From assembly GCA_963734525.1 (NCBI GenBank), contig CAVTHI010000008.1, forward strand, positions 216,450 through 280,449: 64,000 nt of DNA, read 5' to 3'. The notes under the pieces were generated by a model, which saw only the letters and a program-made list of their open reading frames with translations, had not been told where the DNA came from and did not search any database. The stretch comes from an uncultured archaeon. GTDB lineage: Archaea; Micrarchaeota; Micrarchaeia; Anstonellales; Bilamarchaeaceae. The position numbers and the translations under genes were made by a program. Positions 9,199 through 18,199 of the stretch are shown piece after piece (position 1 is the stretch's first letter; each line of letters starts with the position of its first letter).

Positions 9199-9317
9199 AG
9201 CCCCGTAGTCTAGAGCCTTGAGCGGCAAGCCGTTCAAGATATGCCATCAAGGCTGGCAACGGTCAAGGATAGGGGACTTTGGATCCCTTGACACCGGTTC
9301 GAATCCGGTCGGGGCTA
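9199..9317 (+). tRNA. tRNA-Gln (anticodon UUG) with a ~41-46-nt intron in the D-loop (about 9214-9259)
   Basis: Acceptor AGCCCCG/CGGGGCU, T-arm ACCGG-UUCGAAU-CCGGU, anticodon arm GGGGA-CUUUGGA-UCCCU (UUG at 9279-9281), D-stem GUCU/GGAU. The insert contains a perfect 8-bp helix AGCCUUGA/UCAAGGCU (9214-9221 / 9247-9254). TATA-like TTTTTATATT lies ~27 nt upstream. Confidence 0.75.
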
Positions 9318-9329
9318 TTTTCCATTAGT

Positions 9330-9830
9330 TTGCAGACATCAAGCGGGGTTGGGCTCAAGGAAAATGACCCGCCGGGTACGAAGTGCCCGCAAGGGCTAAT
9401 CGTATTTCCCACTGTGCGTGGTTCTTAGGCGGAATTGCCCGGCTCGCTCTGCGAAAAAATCTCAGGGTGGACCCTTAGGAAATCCGCCACGAGCGGGTCC
9501 ATTTCAGGCCGCGGCCAGCAACTGGTCACCTGAACATATCCAGCGTAAACGGCGCACGGAACACCATCGCTAGGGCGCTTTCATTCTCGCCGCGGGCGGT
9601 GAATTCTCAAAATAAACGAAACGAAACCTTCGGCCGCTGCTCCATGTAATCCGTTCGACGGTAGGTTGGTCCTTGCGAGGAATCCGGTCTTTTTCCCGCC
9701 ACGTAAGCGTACTCCGGGCTGGATGCGCTGATGACCGGGGAGCCGGCTGAACGGCCGGGGGCCTGCTCCGATGGGGAACGGGTCCGCCGGCAGGGATCGC
9801 TGCTTTCGTCGCATATTATCACATTTAGTG
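9330..9830. ncRNA. Candidate structured ncRNA(s), family unassigned (SRP RNA and/or RNase P RNA should be tested)
   Basis: 0.5 kb with only short Arg/Pro-rich ORFs, next to two tRNAs. Many GC helices with tetraloops (GCCC-GCAA-GGGC ~9383-9396, CCU-UGCG-AGG ~9669-9680). A CAUGUAAUCC element (~9643-9652) resembles the SRP Alu-domain UGUAAU motif. I could not place the universal RNase P or SRP helix-8 motifs confidently. Confidence 0.3.
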
Positions 9831-9891
9831 TATTAATCTTCTCCCAAAAAGAGGGCAATCGGGCTGCAATTACGGATTCAGGCGCAGGATG

Positions 9892-10221
9892 CTAATGCGT
9901 GGCCTTGCCGCCGTGCTTCGTGCGCAGGGGGCAGCAGCGGAACATCTCCTTCATATCGTAGAACATGGTGCAGAAAAGATTGCAGGCGCCCATGAGCTCC
10001 TTCCTGCCCTTTTTCGTCAGCGAATACGCCTTGTTCTCGTCCGCGCTAATCAGGCCCTTCTCGCGGAGCTCCTTCAGCGCCGGATATAGCGTGCCCGGGG
10101 AGGGCTTCGTGCCGCGCCGCTTCTCCAGCTCCTCCGACAGTTCGGCCCCGGTCATGCTCTTCTTGCCTATCATCCAGAGGATGATGTAGGAGAGGAACCC
10201 CTTCATGTCGCAGCACGCCAT
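9892..10221 (-). CDS. PadR-family transcriptional regulator with CC motifs at both ends
   Basis: 109 aa. Winged-helix signature MTGAELSEELEKRRGTKPSPGTLYPALKELREKGLI. N-terminal MACCD and C-terminal FRCCP. Confidence 0.85.
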   Translation of the reverse strand: MACCDMKGFLSYIILWMIGKKSMTGAELSEELEKRRGTKPSPGTLYPALKELREKGLISADENKAYSLTKKGRKELMGACNLFCTMFYDMKEMFRCCPLRTKHGGKATH

Positions 10222-10262
10222 GGATTGTATGCAGCACCGGGGATATTTAGCCCTTTCGCTTA

Positions 10263-10325
10263 TATCGGATGACCGATAGCATTAAATGGGGTTGCGCCCC
10301 AGATAGTAGTATCGGATAACCGATA
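10263..10325. promoter_or_regulatory. Two copies of a 16-bp palindrome TATCGGAT(G/A)ACCGATA in the padR / micro-ORF divergent intergenic region (putative operators)
   Basis: Copies at 10263-10278 and 10310-10325. Arms TATCGG/CCGATA with a 4-nt spacer. Located between padR ATG (10221, minus) and the small-ORF ATG (10340, plus). Confidence 0.5.
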
Positions 10326-10339
10326 GATGGGGTGAAATC

Positions 10340-10474
10340 ATGAAAGGGAAGGAATGCAAGGTAGTCTGCGACGGGAAGGAAGTGGCGACGCTGACATGCT
10401 CGGAAGACGGCTTCAGCGTGAAATGCAATGAAGAGTGCAAGAAGATGTGCAAGGGCATGAAAGGATGCTGCTGA
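10340..10474 (+). CDS. 44-codon Cys-rich micro-protein (possible metal-binding peptide)
   Basis: Below the ORF-track length cutoff. ATG 10340 is preceded by GGTGA (10331-10335). Translation: MKGKECKVVCDGKEVATLTCSEDGFSVKCNEECKKMCKGMKGCC, with 8 Cys. Confidence 0.5.
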   Translation: MKGKECKVVCDGKEVATLTCSEDGFSVKCNEECKKMCKGMKGCC

Positions 10475-10546
10475 GCGCGCATCCGTTTTTCTTTTTTTCA
10501 ACGAGTTATATAAGGCTATTCCGGGTATCATGCTTACGGTGGTCGC

Positions 10547-11055
10547 ATGGAAGCGCTTGAAGCCATTTACACGAGGAAAAGCGTCAGGAAGTTCGAGGAG
10601 GGCGAAGTGCCGGAAGAGCTAATCAGGAAAATCCTGAAGGCGGGCATGTCCGCCCCGTCCGCGGGAAACGCCCAGCCCTGGCAGTTCGTCGTCATCACGC
10701 GAAAAGAAGGTTCTTGGCGAGATTCCGGAAGATGTCCCCTTATGCCGAATGCACGGCCAAGGCCCCGCTTGCGATACTCGTCTGCGGCGACAAGAAACTG
10801 GAGAAGCACAAGGACTACTGGGTGCAGGACTGCGCCGCGGCGTCCCAGAACATGCTTCTTGCGGCTCATGCGCTCGGCCTCGGGGCCGTCTGGACCGGCG
10901 CATACCCGATGGAGGACACGATGAAGGGGCTCAGGATCCTCATGAAGCTGCCGGAGCACGTCGTCCCGTTCTCGCTGATTGTCATCGGGTATCCCGCCGA
11001 AGGGGGCAGGAAGGAGAGGTTCAGCGAGGAGCGCGTGCACAACGACCGATGGTGA
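10547..11055 (+). pseudogene. Nitroreductase-family gene interrupted by one frameshift (pseudogene or assembly indel)
   Basis: ORF 10547-10924 is nitroreductase-like only to ...SAPSAGNAQPWQFVVITRKE. The rest of the family sequence (LARFRKMSPYAECTAKAPLAILVCGDKK...VIGYPAEG) continues in ORF 10714-11055. The switch lies near the A4 run at 10702-10705. Confidence 0.8.
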
Positions 11056-11064
11056 TTTTCCGCA

Positions 11065-11904
11065 TCAGATAAGGACCATCATCAGGCCAAGGACAATCAT
11101 CAGGATTGCCGCATACTTGTAGGCGCTCAGCTTCTCGCCGAGAAGAAATGCGACGCGGGCACGCTGACGAGCGGGGTTCCCGCGACTATCACCGACGTCA
11201 ATGCGACGCCGATGCCCGCGACGGCGTAGGTGTAGAGCAGGGCCCCGAGGAAGATGATGAAGCTGCGCGCCGCTGATCAGCGGCGCCTGCGAGGAGGGCG
11301 GCGGGGAGAGGTCCTTCCCCTTCGCAAGGTAGTAGGCGAGGACGAAGAACGCGACGCCGGACTCGAGCATGAGCGTCGTCATGTAGGGCCCCATCGAAGG
11401 GATGAAAATCTTGATGAAGCTGTAATAGTATCCCCAGCCGATTACCGTCAGGACAAGGTAGAGCACGCCCTTTTCCAGCCGAAAGCTCCTGATGTCCTCG
11501 AATGCCAGCACGAATGCGGAAAGGACCACGAGCGCGGCCCCGCCGAACTGGAATATGCTCAGGCTCTCCCCGAATACCGTGACGCCGAGGAAAACCACGA
11601 CGAGCACGTAGAGGGAGCCGAGCGGCGCGAGGATGCTCGCCTTTCCGGATTCGAACGCCTTGAAGAACGCGGCCCCTGCGGCGGCCCCGACGATGGACTG
11701 GACGATATACGCCGGAAGGAGCTCGGGCGGGAAGACGAAGGGGACGCCAAGCAATAGCGCGCCGGCGAAAAGCAAGGCGATGAACGCGATGCTATTGTAG
11801 ACGATGGCCTTGTACCTGCCGCTGTGCGATATCGTCTTCTTCGTCAGCGTGTCGGCGATGCCGCCGCATAGCGTCGCCCCGAGGGCGAGGTCGATGCCGG
11901 GCAT
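11065..11904 (-). CDS. EamA/DMT-family transporter with two apparently compensating frameshifts
   Basis: Multi-TM protein. Residues ~205-255 (GAQLHHLPRGPALHLRRRGHRRRIDVGDSRGNPARQRARV) are nonsense. An alternative frame there reads FIIFLGALLYTYAVAGIGVALTSVIVAGTPLVSV, which matches paralog 58045-58896. Shifts lie near 11260-11280 and 11140-11165. Confidence 0.75.
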   Translation of the reverse strand: MPGIDLALGATLCGGIADTLTKKTISHSGRYKAIVYNSIAFIALLFAGALLLGVPFVFPPELLPAYIVQSIVGAAAGAAFFKAFESGKASILAPLGSLYVLVVVFLGVTVFGESLSIFQFGGAALVVLSAFVLAFEDIRSFRLEKGVLYLVLTVIGWGYYYSFIKIFIPSMGPYMTTLMLESGVAFFVLAYYLAKGKDLSPPPSSQAPLISGAQLHHLPRGPALHLRRRGHRRRIDVGDSRGNPARQRARVAFLLGEKLSAYKYAAILMIVLGLMMVLI

Positions 11905-13344
11905 TCAGTATTGCCTCGCGGCATAAAGGTAGATGGTCGCTTCCTTGCCGCACGAGACGCATTTCTTGCCGTTTGGCTTCTCGTCGTTGCCGAAAAGCGA
12001 GCCGCGGATGTTCGCCGAGTGCGCCTCCTTGACCTTGTCTGCGCAGGGCTCGCCATCCATCGCATCGGTGCAGAACGGGACGCGGACGAATCCGTGGCCC
12101 TTTTCGAGCGCCGCGCCAAGCTCGTCCATCGAATCCGCGTGCGAGACCTTGCCCGAGAACCACTTGTCGGCTTTTTCCTTGAGGTTCTTGTCAATCAACT
12201 GCGCAAGCTCGTCGAGCTTCGCGTCGACCTCTTTTGTGGGCACCTTGAGCTTCTCGCCCGTGTCGCGGCGCACGACGATTACAATGTCCGCCTCGACATC
12301 CCGCATGCCGATTTCGATGCGCAATGGGACGCCTTTCATCTCCCATTCGTTGAACTTGAAGCCCGGCGTGCGGTCGGAATCGTCTATCTTCGAGAAAAAG
12401 CAGCATTCGATTGATTTCTTCACTTCTGCACAGCGCGCGAGCACCTTCTCCTTCGTGTCCTCCTTGATGATGGGCACGATTACGACCTGGAGGGGCGCGA
12501 GGCGGACCGGAAGCACGAGGCCCCGGTCGTCGCCGTGCGTGGCTATCACAGCGGCGTAGATGCGCGAGATGCAGGGACCGTAGCACGTCTGCCATACGAA
12601 CTCGTCCTTGCCCTGCTCGTCGGTGTATTTGATGTTGAACGCCTTCGAGAAGTGCTGGCCCAGCATGTGCGTGGACGGCAGCTGCAGCGCGCGCCCGTCC
12701 GGCATGAGCGTGTCCGCGGCGAACGTGTTCTCCGCGCCCGCGAACTTGTCCCACTGCGGCCTCTGGAAGAACATGAACGGCACGCAGAAGCGGCCGTGTA
12801 TGACCTCTTCCGCCATCTCCATGTCCTCGCGCACCTGAGCCATCGCCTGCTCCCTTGTCGCGAAGCAGTCGTGCGTCTCGATCCAGTGGAATTCCCGCGA
12901 GCGGATGAACGGCTTGGTCGCCTTGGTCTCGTGCCTCCACACCTGGCAGCGCTGGTAAATCTTCAGCGGCAAGTCGCGCGTCCCGTGTATCCAGAGCGAG
13001 TACATGGAATACATCGCGGTCTCGCTGGTCGGCCTCATCGCGTAGCGCTCCTCGAGCTTGCTGCCCCCGGCTTCCGTCACCCAGAACACTTCGGGCACGA
13101 AGCCCTTCACATGGTCGCTCTCGCGCGTGAAATAGCTTTCCGGAATCAATGCCGGGAAGAGCGCGGGCAGGTGCCCCCTGGACTCGACCGCCTCCTCGTA
13201 CATGCCGTACATGCGGTTCATCGTCATGACCGCCCAGGGCATGAAGACGACGAACCCCTTTATGCCGTAGCGGAGGTCGCACAGCTGCGCCTCCTTGGTT
13301 ATCGTATTATACCATTCTGAAAAATCCGATTTGCTGAGTTTCAT
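11905..13344 (-). CDS. proS: Prolyl-tRNA synthetase, archaeal/eukaryotic type
   Basis: 479 aa with class II aaRS core motifs. The C-terminal Zn-binding domain ends ...CVSCGKEATIYLYAARQY. Confidence 0.95.
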   Translation of the reverse strand: MKLSKSDFSEWYNTITKEAQLCDLRYGIKGFVVFMPWAVMTMNRMYGMYEEAVESRGHLPALFPALIPESYFTRESDHVKGFVPEVFWVTEAGGSKLEERYAMRPTSETAMYSMYSLWIHGTRDLPLKIYQRCQVWRHETKATKPFIRSREFHWIETHDCFATREQAMAQVREDMEMAEEVIHGRFCVPFMFFQRPQWDKFAGAENTFAADTLMPDGRALQLPSTHMLGQHFSKAFNIKYTDEQGKDEFVWQTCYGPCISRIYAAVIATHGDDRGLVLPVRLAPLQVVIVPIIKEDTKEKVLARCAEVKKSIECCFFSKIDDSDRTPGFKFNEWEMKGVPLRIEIGMRDVEADIVIVVRRDTGEKLKVPTKEVDAKLDELAQLIDKNLKEKADKWFSGKVSHADSMDELGAALEKGHGFVRVPFCTDAMDGEPCADKVKEAHSANIRGSLFGNDEKPNGKKCVSCGKEATIYLYAARQY

Positions 13345-13868
13345 AGGAAAGCCGACTCCAGGTTAAGAAGTACCGTGAATGCTGATTCGATTGAAGGCCT
13401 TGCCGCGAACACGATGAGAAAAATCGCCGCGGAAAGGACGAGGGCCACCGCGATGTTCCCTTTTTTCAGCTCGGACAGCTCGTTCACGCCGGTGGTGATG
13501 CGGTCGACGAGGTTTATCGCGAGGAATATCATGAGCACGCTCAGGATGAGCCCGAGGAGGTAGTTCAGGACGGTGAATGCGAGGATGAGCGATACCGTCT
13601 GGAGCGGGATTATCGTTGTCGGGAATTGTATCGCGAACACAATCTCGCCGATTCTCTGCTCCATCAGGAGGAGCATCCCGGCCATCACGGATACCAGGAG
13701 GATTCCGATGGCGACATTGCCCTTCTTCATCTCCTTCCACTCCTCGAGCTCAGGCGTCATCCTGTCGAAGAACCCGACTCCGGCATAGAGCGCGCCGGCG
13801 GAGAGGACGATGGATGAGAGAATCCGGACCACCGCTATCACGATTCCTATAAATAGTTCCTGAGCCAT
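13341..13868 (-). CDS. DUF350-like membrane protein (two repeats)
   Basis: 175 aa, 4-5 TM. Duplicated E(W/L)K(E/K).KKGN(V/I)A(I/V) motif. ATGA overlap with the proS start. Confidence 0.65.
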   Translation of the reverse strand: MAQELFIGIVIAVVRILSSIVLSAGALYAGVGFFDRMTPELEEWKEMKKGNVAIGILLVSVMAGMLLLMEQRIGEIVFAIQFPTTIIPLQTVSLILAFTVLNYLLGLILSVLMIFLAINLVDRITTGVNELSELKKGNIAVALVLSAAIFLIVFAARPSIESAFTVLLNLESAFL

Positions 13869-13916
13869 AACTTTTGGAATTGGACGAAATCGGTTTTAAA
13901 GGTTGGTGAACAGGGG

Positions 13917-15266
13917 ATGGGAAGGGACGAGTCCGGTTTTCTTGAACGCTGCGCCGAGCTACGCACGCTCGCGTTCTCGTTCAAGGACCCGCTGATCATC
14001 CACCATTACGACGCGGACGGCGTAAGCTCGGGCGCGCTTGTAGCAGGGGCGTTCATGGACGAGGGAAAATCGTTCCGCCGCGAATGCATCAAGAAACTAG
14101 ATGATGCGGCTATCGAAAGATACTCGAGGGAGCCGGAACTGATATTCGTCGATTTGGGCGGCGGCAACAGGCGCGTGGACGAGCTGAAGGACGTGCTAAT
14201 CATCGACCACCACCAGACCGAAGGAATCGGCAAGCCCCAGGCGAACCCCATGCTGCATGGCCTGGACGGCGGCGGGGAACTGAGCGCGGCAGGGACCGCA
14301 TACTGCGTTTTCCGCAAGAGGCCGGACCTCGCAATCGTCGGGGCGGTCGGTGACATGCAGCATCCGCTTGCCGGCATGAACAGGTGGGTCCTGTCCGAAG
14401 GGGAAAAAAGCGGCGATGTGTTGGTCGAGGAGGATTTGTCTTTCTACGGGCGCTACTGCAGGCCGCTCGTCCAGTTCCTCGCGTTCTGCGACGACCCGTT
14501 CATACCGGGCATCTCGTACCGCGAGGACAAGGCGCAGGAACTTCTGGCCGAGCTGGGCATCGGCCTTGAGAAGAGGTTCCCGGATGCCGGGGACCATAAG
14601 CAGGGCTTGCGCGTGTATGCCGACCTCGATGATGACGAGAAGAGGAGGCTGGTCAGCGCGCTCGCAAAAATCCTGATAGGGGGGAACCGCATGAGGGGCC
14701 TGAACGAGCTTATCGGCGAGAGCTACGTCTTCCCGAAGCGCCAGCGCGACGAGACGTTCGAGGCCAACGAGTTCAGCACCCTGCTGAACGCGTGCGGCAG
14801 GCACTCCCGGCCGGAGATAGGCGTTCGCGTCTGCCTCGGCGACTCGGGCGCGCAGGAGGAGGCGAGGAAGCTGCTGGCGCTGCACCGGCGCAGCCTCCGA
14901 GACGGGATGAGCTTCGCGTCCAATCATGTGCAGGATTTCGGGGCGTTCTATTTCCTTGACGGCCGCGGCATAATCGACGAAGGGATAGTGGGCGTCGTGT
15001 GCGGCATGGCACTCTCGCAGGCGTGGGAAAAGCCGATAATCGGCGCGGCCCTCGGCGAAAACGGCACTATCAAGATTTCGGGCCGCTCGCCGCGGGGGCT
15101 GGTCGAACATGGGATGAACCTCAGCGATCTCATGAAGGCGGCCTGCATCGCTTCCGGCGGAATCGGCGGCGGGCACAATGTCGCGGCCGGGGCGTCCATC
15201 CCGGAAGGGAGAATCAACGAGTTCCTGCTTTCCGCCGGGGAATACGTGCGCGGACGCCGGAAATGA
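13917..15266 (+). CDS. DHH/DHHA1 phosphoesterase, RecJ-like
   Basis: Motifs HHYDADGVSSG, FVDLGGG, LIIDHHQ and C-terminal GGGHNVAAG. Confidence 0.8.
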   Translation: MGRDESGFLERCAELRTLAFSFKDPLIIHHYDADGVSSGALVAGAFMDEGKSFRRECIKKLDDAAIERYSREPELIFVDLGGGNRRVDELKDVLIIDHHQTEGIGKPQANPMLHGLDGGGELSAAGTAYCVFRKRPDLAIVGAVGDMQHPLAGMNRWVLSEGEKSGDVLVEEDLSFYGRYCRPLVQFLAFCDDPFIPGISYREDKAQELLAELGIGLEKRFPDAGDHKQGLRVYADLDDDEKRRLVSALAKILIGGNRMRGLNELIGESYVFPKRQRDETFEANEFSTLLNACGRHSRPEIGVRVCLGDSGAQEEARKLLALHRRSLRDGMSFASNHVQDFGAFYFLDGRGIIDEGIVGVVCGMALSQAWEKPIIGAALGENGTIKISGRSPRGLVEHGMNLSDLMKAACIASGGIGGGHNVAAGASIPEGRINEFLLSAGEYVRGRRK

Positions 15267-15321
15267 GGGACTTCGACAATAACCGATGGCGCCTTGGCAA
15301 GATTTATAAGCATGAGCCAGC

Positions 15322-16474
15322 TTGAGAGGATTGATGAGACACCTCACTCACAGGGCTAACGCTCATCCGGCGCAAATCGGGAGGCAGGAAACGCGCCGGG
15401 CCCAGGATGCCGCAAGGCGGACAATCGAGGGGCAGAAGGTACACCTCTCGGGCAGGTCCATGTGGCGCGGCTATTGGTATGGAAAGGGAGCGATAGCCAA
15501 GTGGAACCGCGTCGAGCAGGTTCTCACCGGCATGAAGTGGAGCTACTACACGGGCAAGCAGGTGAAGACGGCCCAGATTTCGCTCCTTGAAAACCATCAC
15601 GCAGGCGTCGGCATGGGACTGGATGGGGCCGCGGCGGAAAAAAAGGACGGCAGCGGAAATTCCTCCGGGATGCCCGCGCACGCCAAGGAGATTTCCAGGG
15701 CAATCACGGATTTCAGCGCTCAGGATGAGCCGATGCATGCGCACGGCACGCAGGAAACCGGACGAATTGATACTCGAATATCCGCGCCCAGTGCAGCCCG
15801 GATTCATGCCCATGAAGGACTGGGCGCGGCAGGGCCGGAGGGAGAGAAGCGCACCGCAAGCCCGCACGACATAGCGCTGGCCTCACCGGGAAATCACCAG
15901 GCCGCATCTTCCGACGCGCCTTGTTCCAGCATCGGCATCGAGGCATTCGCAACCCACACCCCAATCCCGGCGGGCAATCATGTTCCTTTGAGCGCAGAGG
16001 CGGTTGCGGCCGGCGAGCGCCATATGGGCCAGCCACGTTCCGGCACGGCGAGGGGCACGCAGGGGGCGGCGGATGCAGCATCCGGCGCCTTCTCGCCCGG
16101 GGCGATGGACATCCCCGCGGCGGTCATCGCATTTTCAGATGCGTTGTCATCTGCGGTATTTGGAATCATCCGCCATGCCGGCATCGGCCGCGATAAATCC
16201 GGGAAAAACCATGCGGCCGCGAGGCGTGACGGCGCAGGAGGCGTTGCCTTCCTTGAACTTCCACCCGAAGCATGCGAATCCGACGAACATGATTTACGCG
16301 CCGTCTTCGGCGCAAGACGCGCCGGCGTCTGGATACAGGCAGGGATACGGCGCGCCTGAAAACATGAACACGGGTGCGGGGCATGCGCACCGGCCCGCAG
16401 TGCATGTGGGCGCACCGAAAAGAAAAAGCGTCCAGTTGAAAGTGGCGCGCGCGGACGCGCTCCCCCCGCAGTGA
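15322..16474 (+). CDS. Hypothetical low-complexity His/Ala/Gly-rich protein; frame and boundaries uncertain
   Basis: ORF 15322-16359 is followed by ORF 16004-16474, whose tail (NFHPKHANPTNMIYAPSS...GAGHAHRPAVHVG) looks like a continuation after a frameshift near ~16240. Recurrent HAH motifs. All six frames are open here, so support is weak. Confidence 0.3.
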
Positions 16475-16475
16475 A

Positions 16476-17075
16476 TCAGGACTTGTTTTCCGGCTTCATG
16501 AGCTTGAGCGTGCCGTCGTACACCGCGAAGAGGCCCTTGGTTTTCGCATCCTCGGCCCCCGCAAGCGCGACCGCGGCATCGATGTGCCCTTTCACCACGG
16601 ACCAGTCGCGCTGCGGCGGGTCGTTGTGGTAGCAGAGGAGCTGGTCCCGGACGACTATCCTGCGCGTGGAGTCGTAGAGGACGAATTTGACGGTGCTGGC
16701 CGTCTCGTACAGGACTATGCCGTACGGGGTCGCCGGGAGGTTCAGCCGGCCCATCCCGAGGCCCGAAAGCAGCGCGCTGAGGTTGGAATTCTCGGTCGCC
16801 GAGTAGAAGCGCGTGCCGGCCCCTTCGAAAAGGAGCAGCTCGCGCGGCGCGGAGATGGCGGCCTCGATTTCCTTGCCCCAGCCGCTTGCGAGCATGCTGA
16901 GCCCGCCGTGCACCTGCTCCTTCGTGCGCCTCTCAAGGCGGATAGGCTGCGGGGCGGATTGGCCGGCCCCCATCCTTTCCCGGAGCTTCTCGAAGTAGGA
17001 ATGCGGCACCGGGGCGATGAGCTTCGGCGCCAGCCGGGCATCCGTTTGAGCGCGGCTCGAGGCTTTTTTTGCCAT
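16476..17075 (-). CDS. Hypothetical protein, 'Y family' (paralogs at 42276-42884 and 42908-43273)
   Basis: 199 aa. The C-terminal ~140 aa aligns with both right-flank ORFs (RRIVVRDQLLCYHNDPPQRDWSVVKGHIDAAVA...KGLFAVYDGTLKL). Confidence 0.6.
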   Translation of the reverse strand: MAKKASSRAQTDARLAPKLIAPVPHSYFEKLRERMGAGQSAPQPIRLERRTKEQVHGGLSMLASGWGKEIEAAISAPRELLLFEGAGTRFYSATENSNLSALLSGLGMGRLNLPATPYGIVLYETASTVKFVLYDSTRRIVVRDQLLCYHNDPPQRDWSVVKGHIDAAVALAGAEDAKTKGLFAVYDGTLKLMKPENKS

Positions 17076-17157
17076 GGGGTGAGATATGATAAGAAACCGT
17101 TATTAATCGCACCTTTTCGGCGGATGAGAGCCGGATTATTGTCGGGGAGGGGGGGTG

Positions 17158-17661
17158 CTATCCCTTTTGCGCCCCTTCCGGGGACGGCGATACGATTGCG
17201 TCGTAAATCTTCGAGGATATGACATCCTGGCGCGAGATGTCCTCCTTCAGGAAAATCCCGCGGGGCGCATCGATGAATATAAGCGAGCTTTTCTCCCCTT
17301 CCTTTATTATGGAGACGTACCGGACCTTCACCCATGACGGGGCCGGAAGGCCCTTGGCGAAGCAGTCGGCCGGCGAGTCCTCCTCGCGCATCGGGAACGG
17401 CTGGACGCTCAACGTATCATAGAACTCCGTCTCCGCGTTGATTCCGCGCACCATCCTGTCCGGAAGGCGCATGAATTTCCTCAGCTCCGGGCCGAGCTCG
17501 AATCCGAGCGTCCGGAACGCATGGAACACGCCCTCGCGCCCTACATGCTCGGACGCGCTCCGCTTCGGGAATTTCAGGACTTCGCCGCCTGCGGGCTTCT
17601 CCGCCGCGCCGCCGGCTTTCACCGAGTCAGTTTTTCTCCGTACAGGCATGTCATGACCCAT
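17158..17661 (-). CDS. Hypothetical protein
   Basis: 167-aa ORF in the same minus-strand cluster. Overlaps the upstream gene by 11 nt. Confidence 0.5.
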   Translation of the reverse strand: MGHDMPVRRKTDSVKAGGAAEKPAGGEVLKFPKRSASEHVGREGVFHAFRTLGFELGPELRKFMRLPDRMVRGINAETEFYDTLSVQPFPMREEDSPADCFAKGLPAPSWVKVRYVSIIKEGEKSSLIFIDAPRGIFLKEDISRQDVISSKIYDAIVSPSPEGAQKG

Positions 17662-18199
17662 CCAGTTCGTCCGCGAGCCGCTTCTTGTATTCGGCCACCG
17701 CTTCGTCGAGCGACGCGGCCCGGAGGCCGCAGATTTCCGAGCAGGCGGCCAGCATCGGTTCCAGGTCGTCGTATTCGTCGAGCACCTGGTCCGACGGGAG
17801 GCCGTAGTATCTTTCGGAGAGCAGGTTGAGGACGCTTTCCTTCAGCGAGAGGAGGAGCGAGAACGAGCCCGCCCGGTTCTCCTTCAGGATTATTTCGCGA
17901 ATCTTGCCGGTCCGCTCGAGAAGGTAGCCTGCGAGGCAGAGCCTGGCCACGGCGACGTCGAACGCCGCCGAGCCTTCGGGGATTTTTGAAAGGGATTCCG
18001 CCTGCGCTTTCCGCCGGGATTCCGCTTCGGTGAGCCCCTTGGAGGCTTTCTCTTCCTTGAGGAGCTCGGAGGGGACTTTTTCCGCGCCGCTTTTTGCCAG
18101 CGCCTTGTAGAATTCTATCGCATCCGCGCGGTTCGTCTCGTGGATCTTGAGCGCGAACGAGCGTTCGATTTCGTATTTTTTCGGGCCTTCTTCCGGCAT
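17651..18199 (-). CDS. Hypothetical helical protein (tandem paralog of 18300-18878)
   Basis: 182 aa. Shares RLCLAGYLLERTGK and DEYDDLEPMLAACSEICGLRAASLDEAVAEYKKRLADELD blocks with its neighbour. Confidence 0.6.
   Translation of the reverse strand: MPEEGPKKYEIERSFALKIHETNRADAIEFYKALAKSGAEKVPSELLKEEKASKGLTEAESRRKAQAESLSKIPEGSAAFDVAVARLCLAGYLLERTGKIREIILKENRAGSFSLLLSLKESVLNLLSERYYGLPSDQVLDEYDDLEPMLAACSEICGLRAASLDEAVAEYKKRLADELDGS

Noticed and set aside
9330-9600. Tentative identification of this stretch as RNase P RNA, based on CAAGGAAAAUGACC and CCUUAGGAAAUCCGCCAC resemblances
   Set aside because: I could not find the universal CR-I (GAGGAAAGUCC) or CR-V (ACAGAA..GGCUUA) motifs, and I could not build a P4 pairing. 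It is kept only as an unassigned ncRNA candidate.
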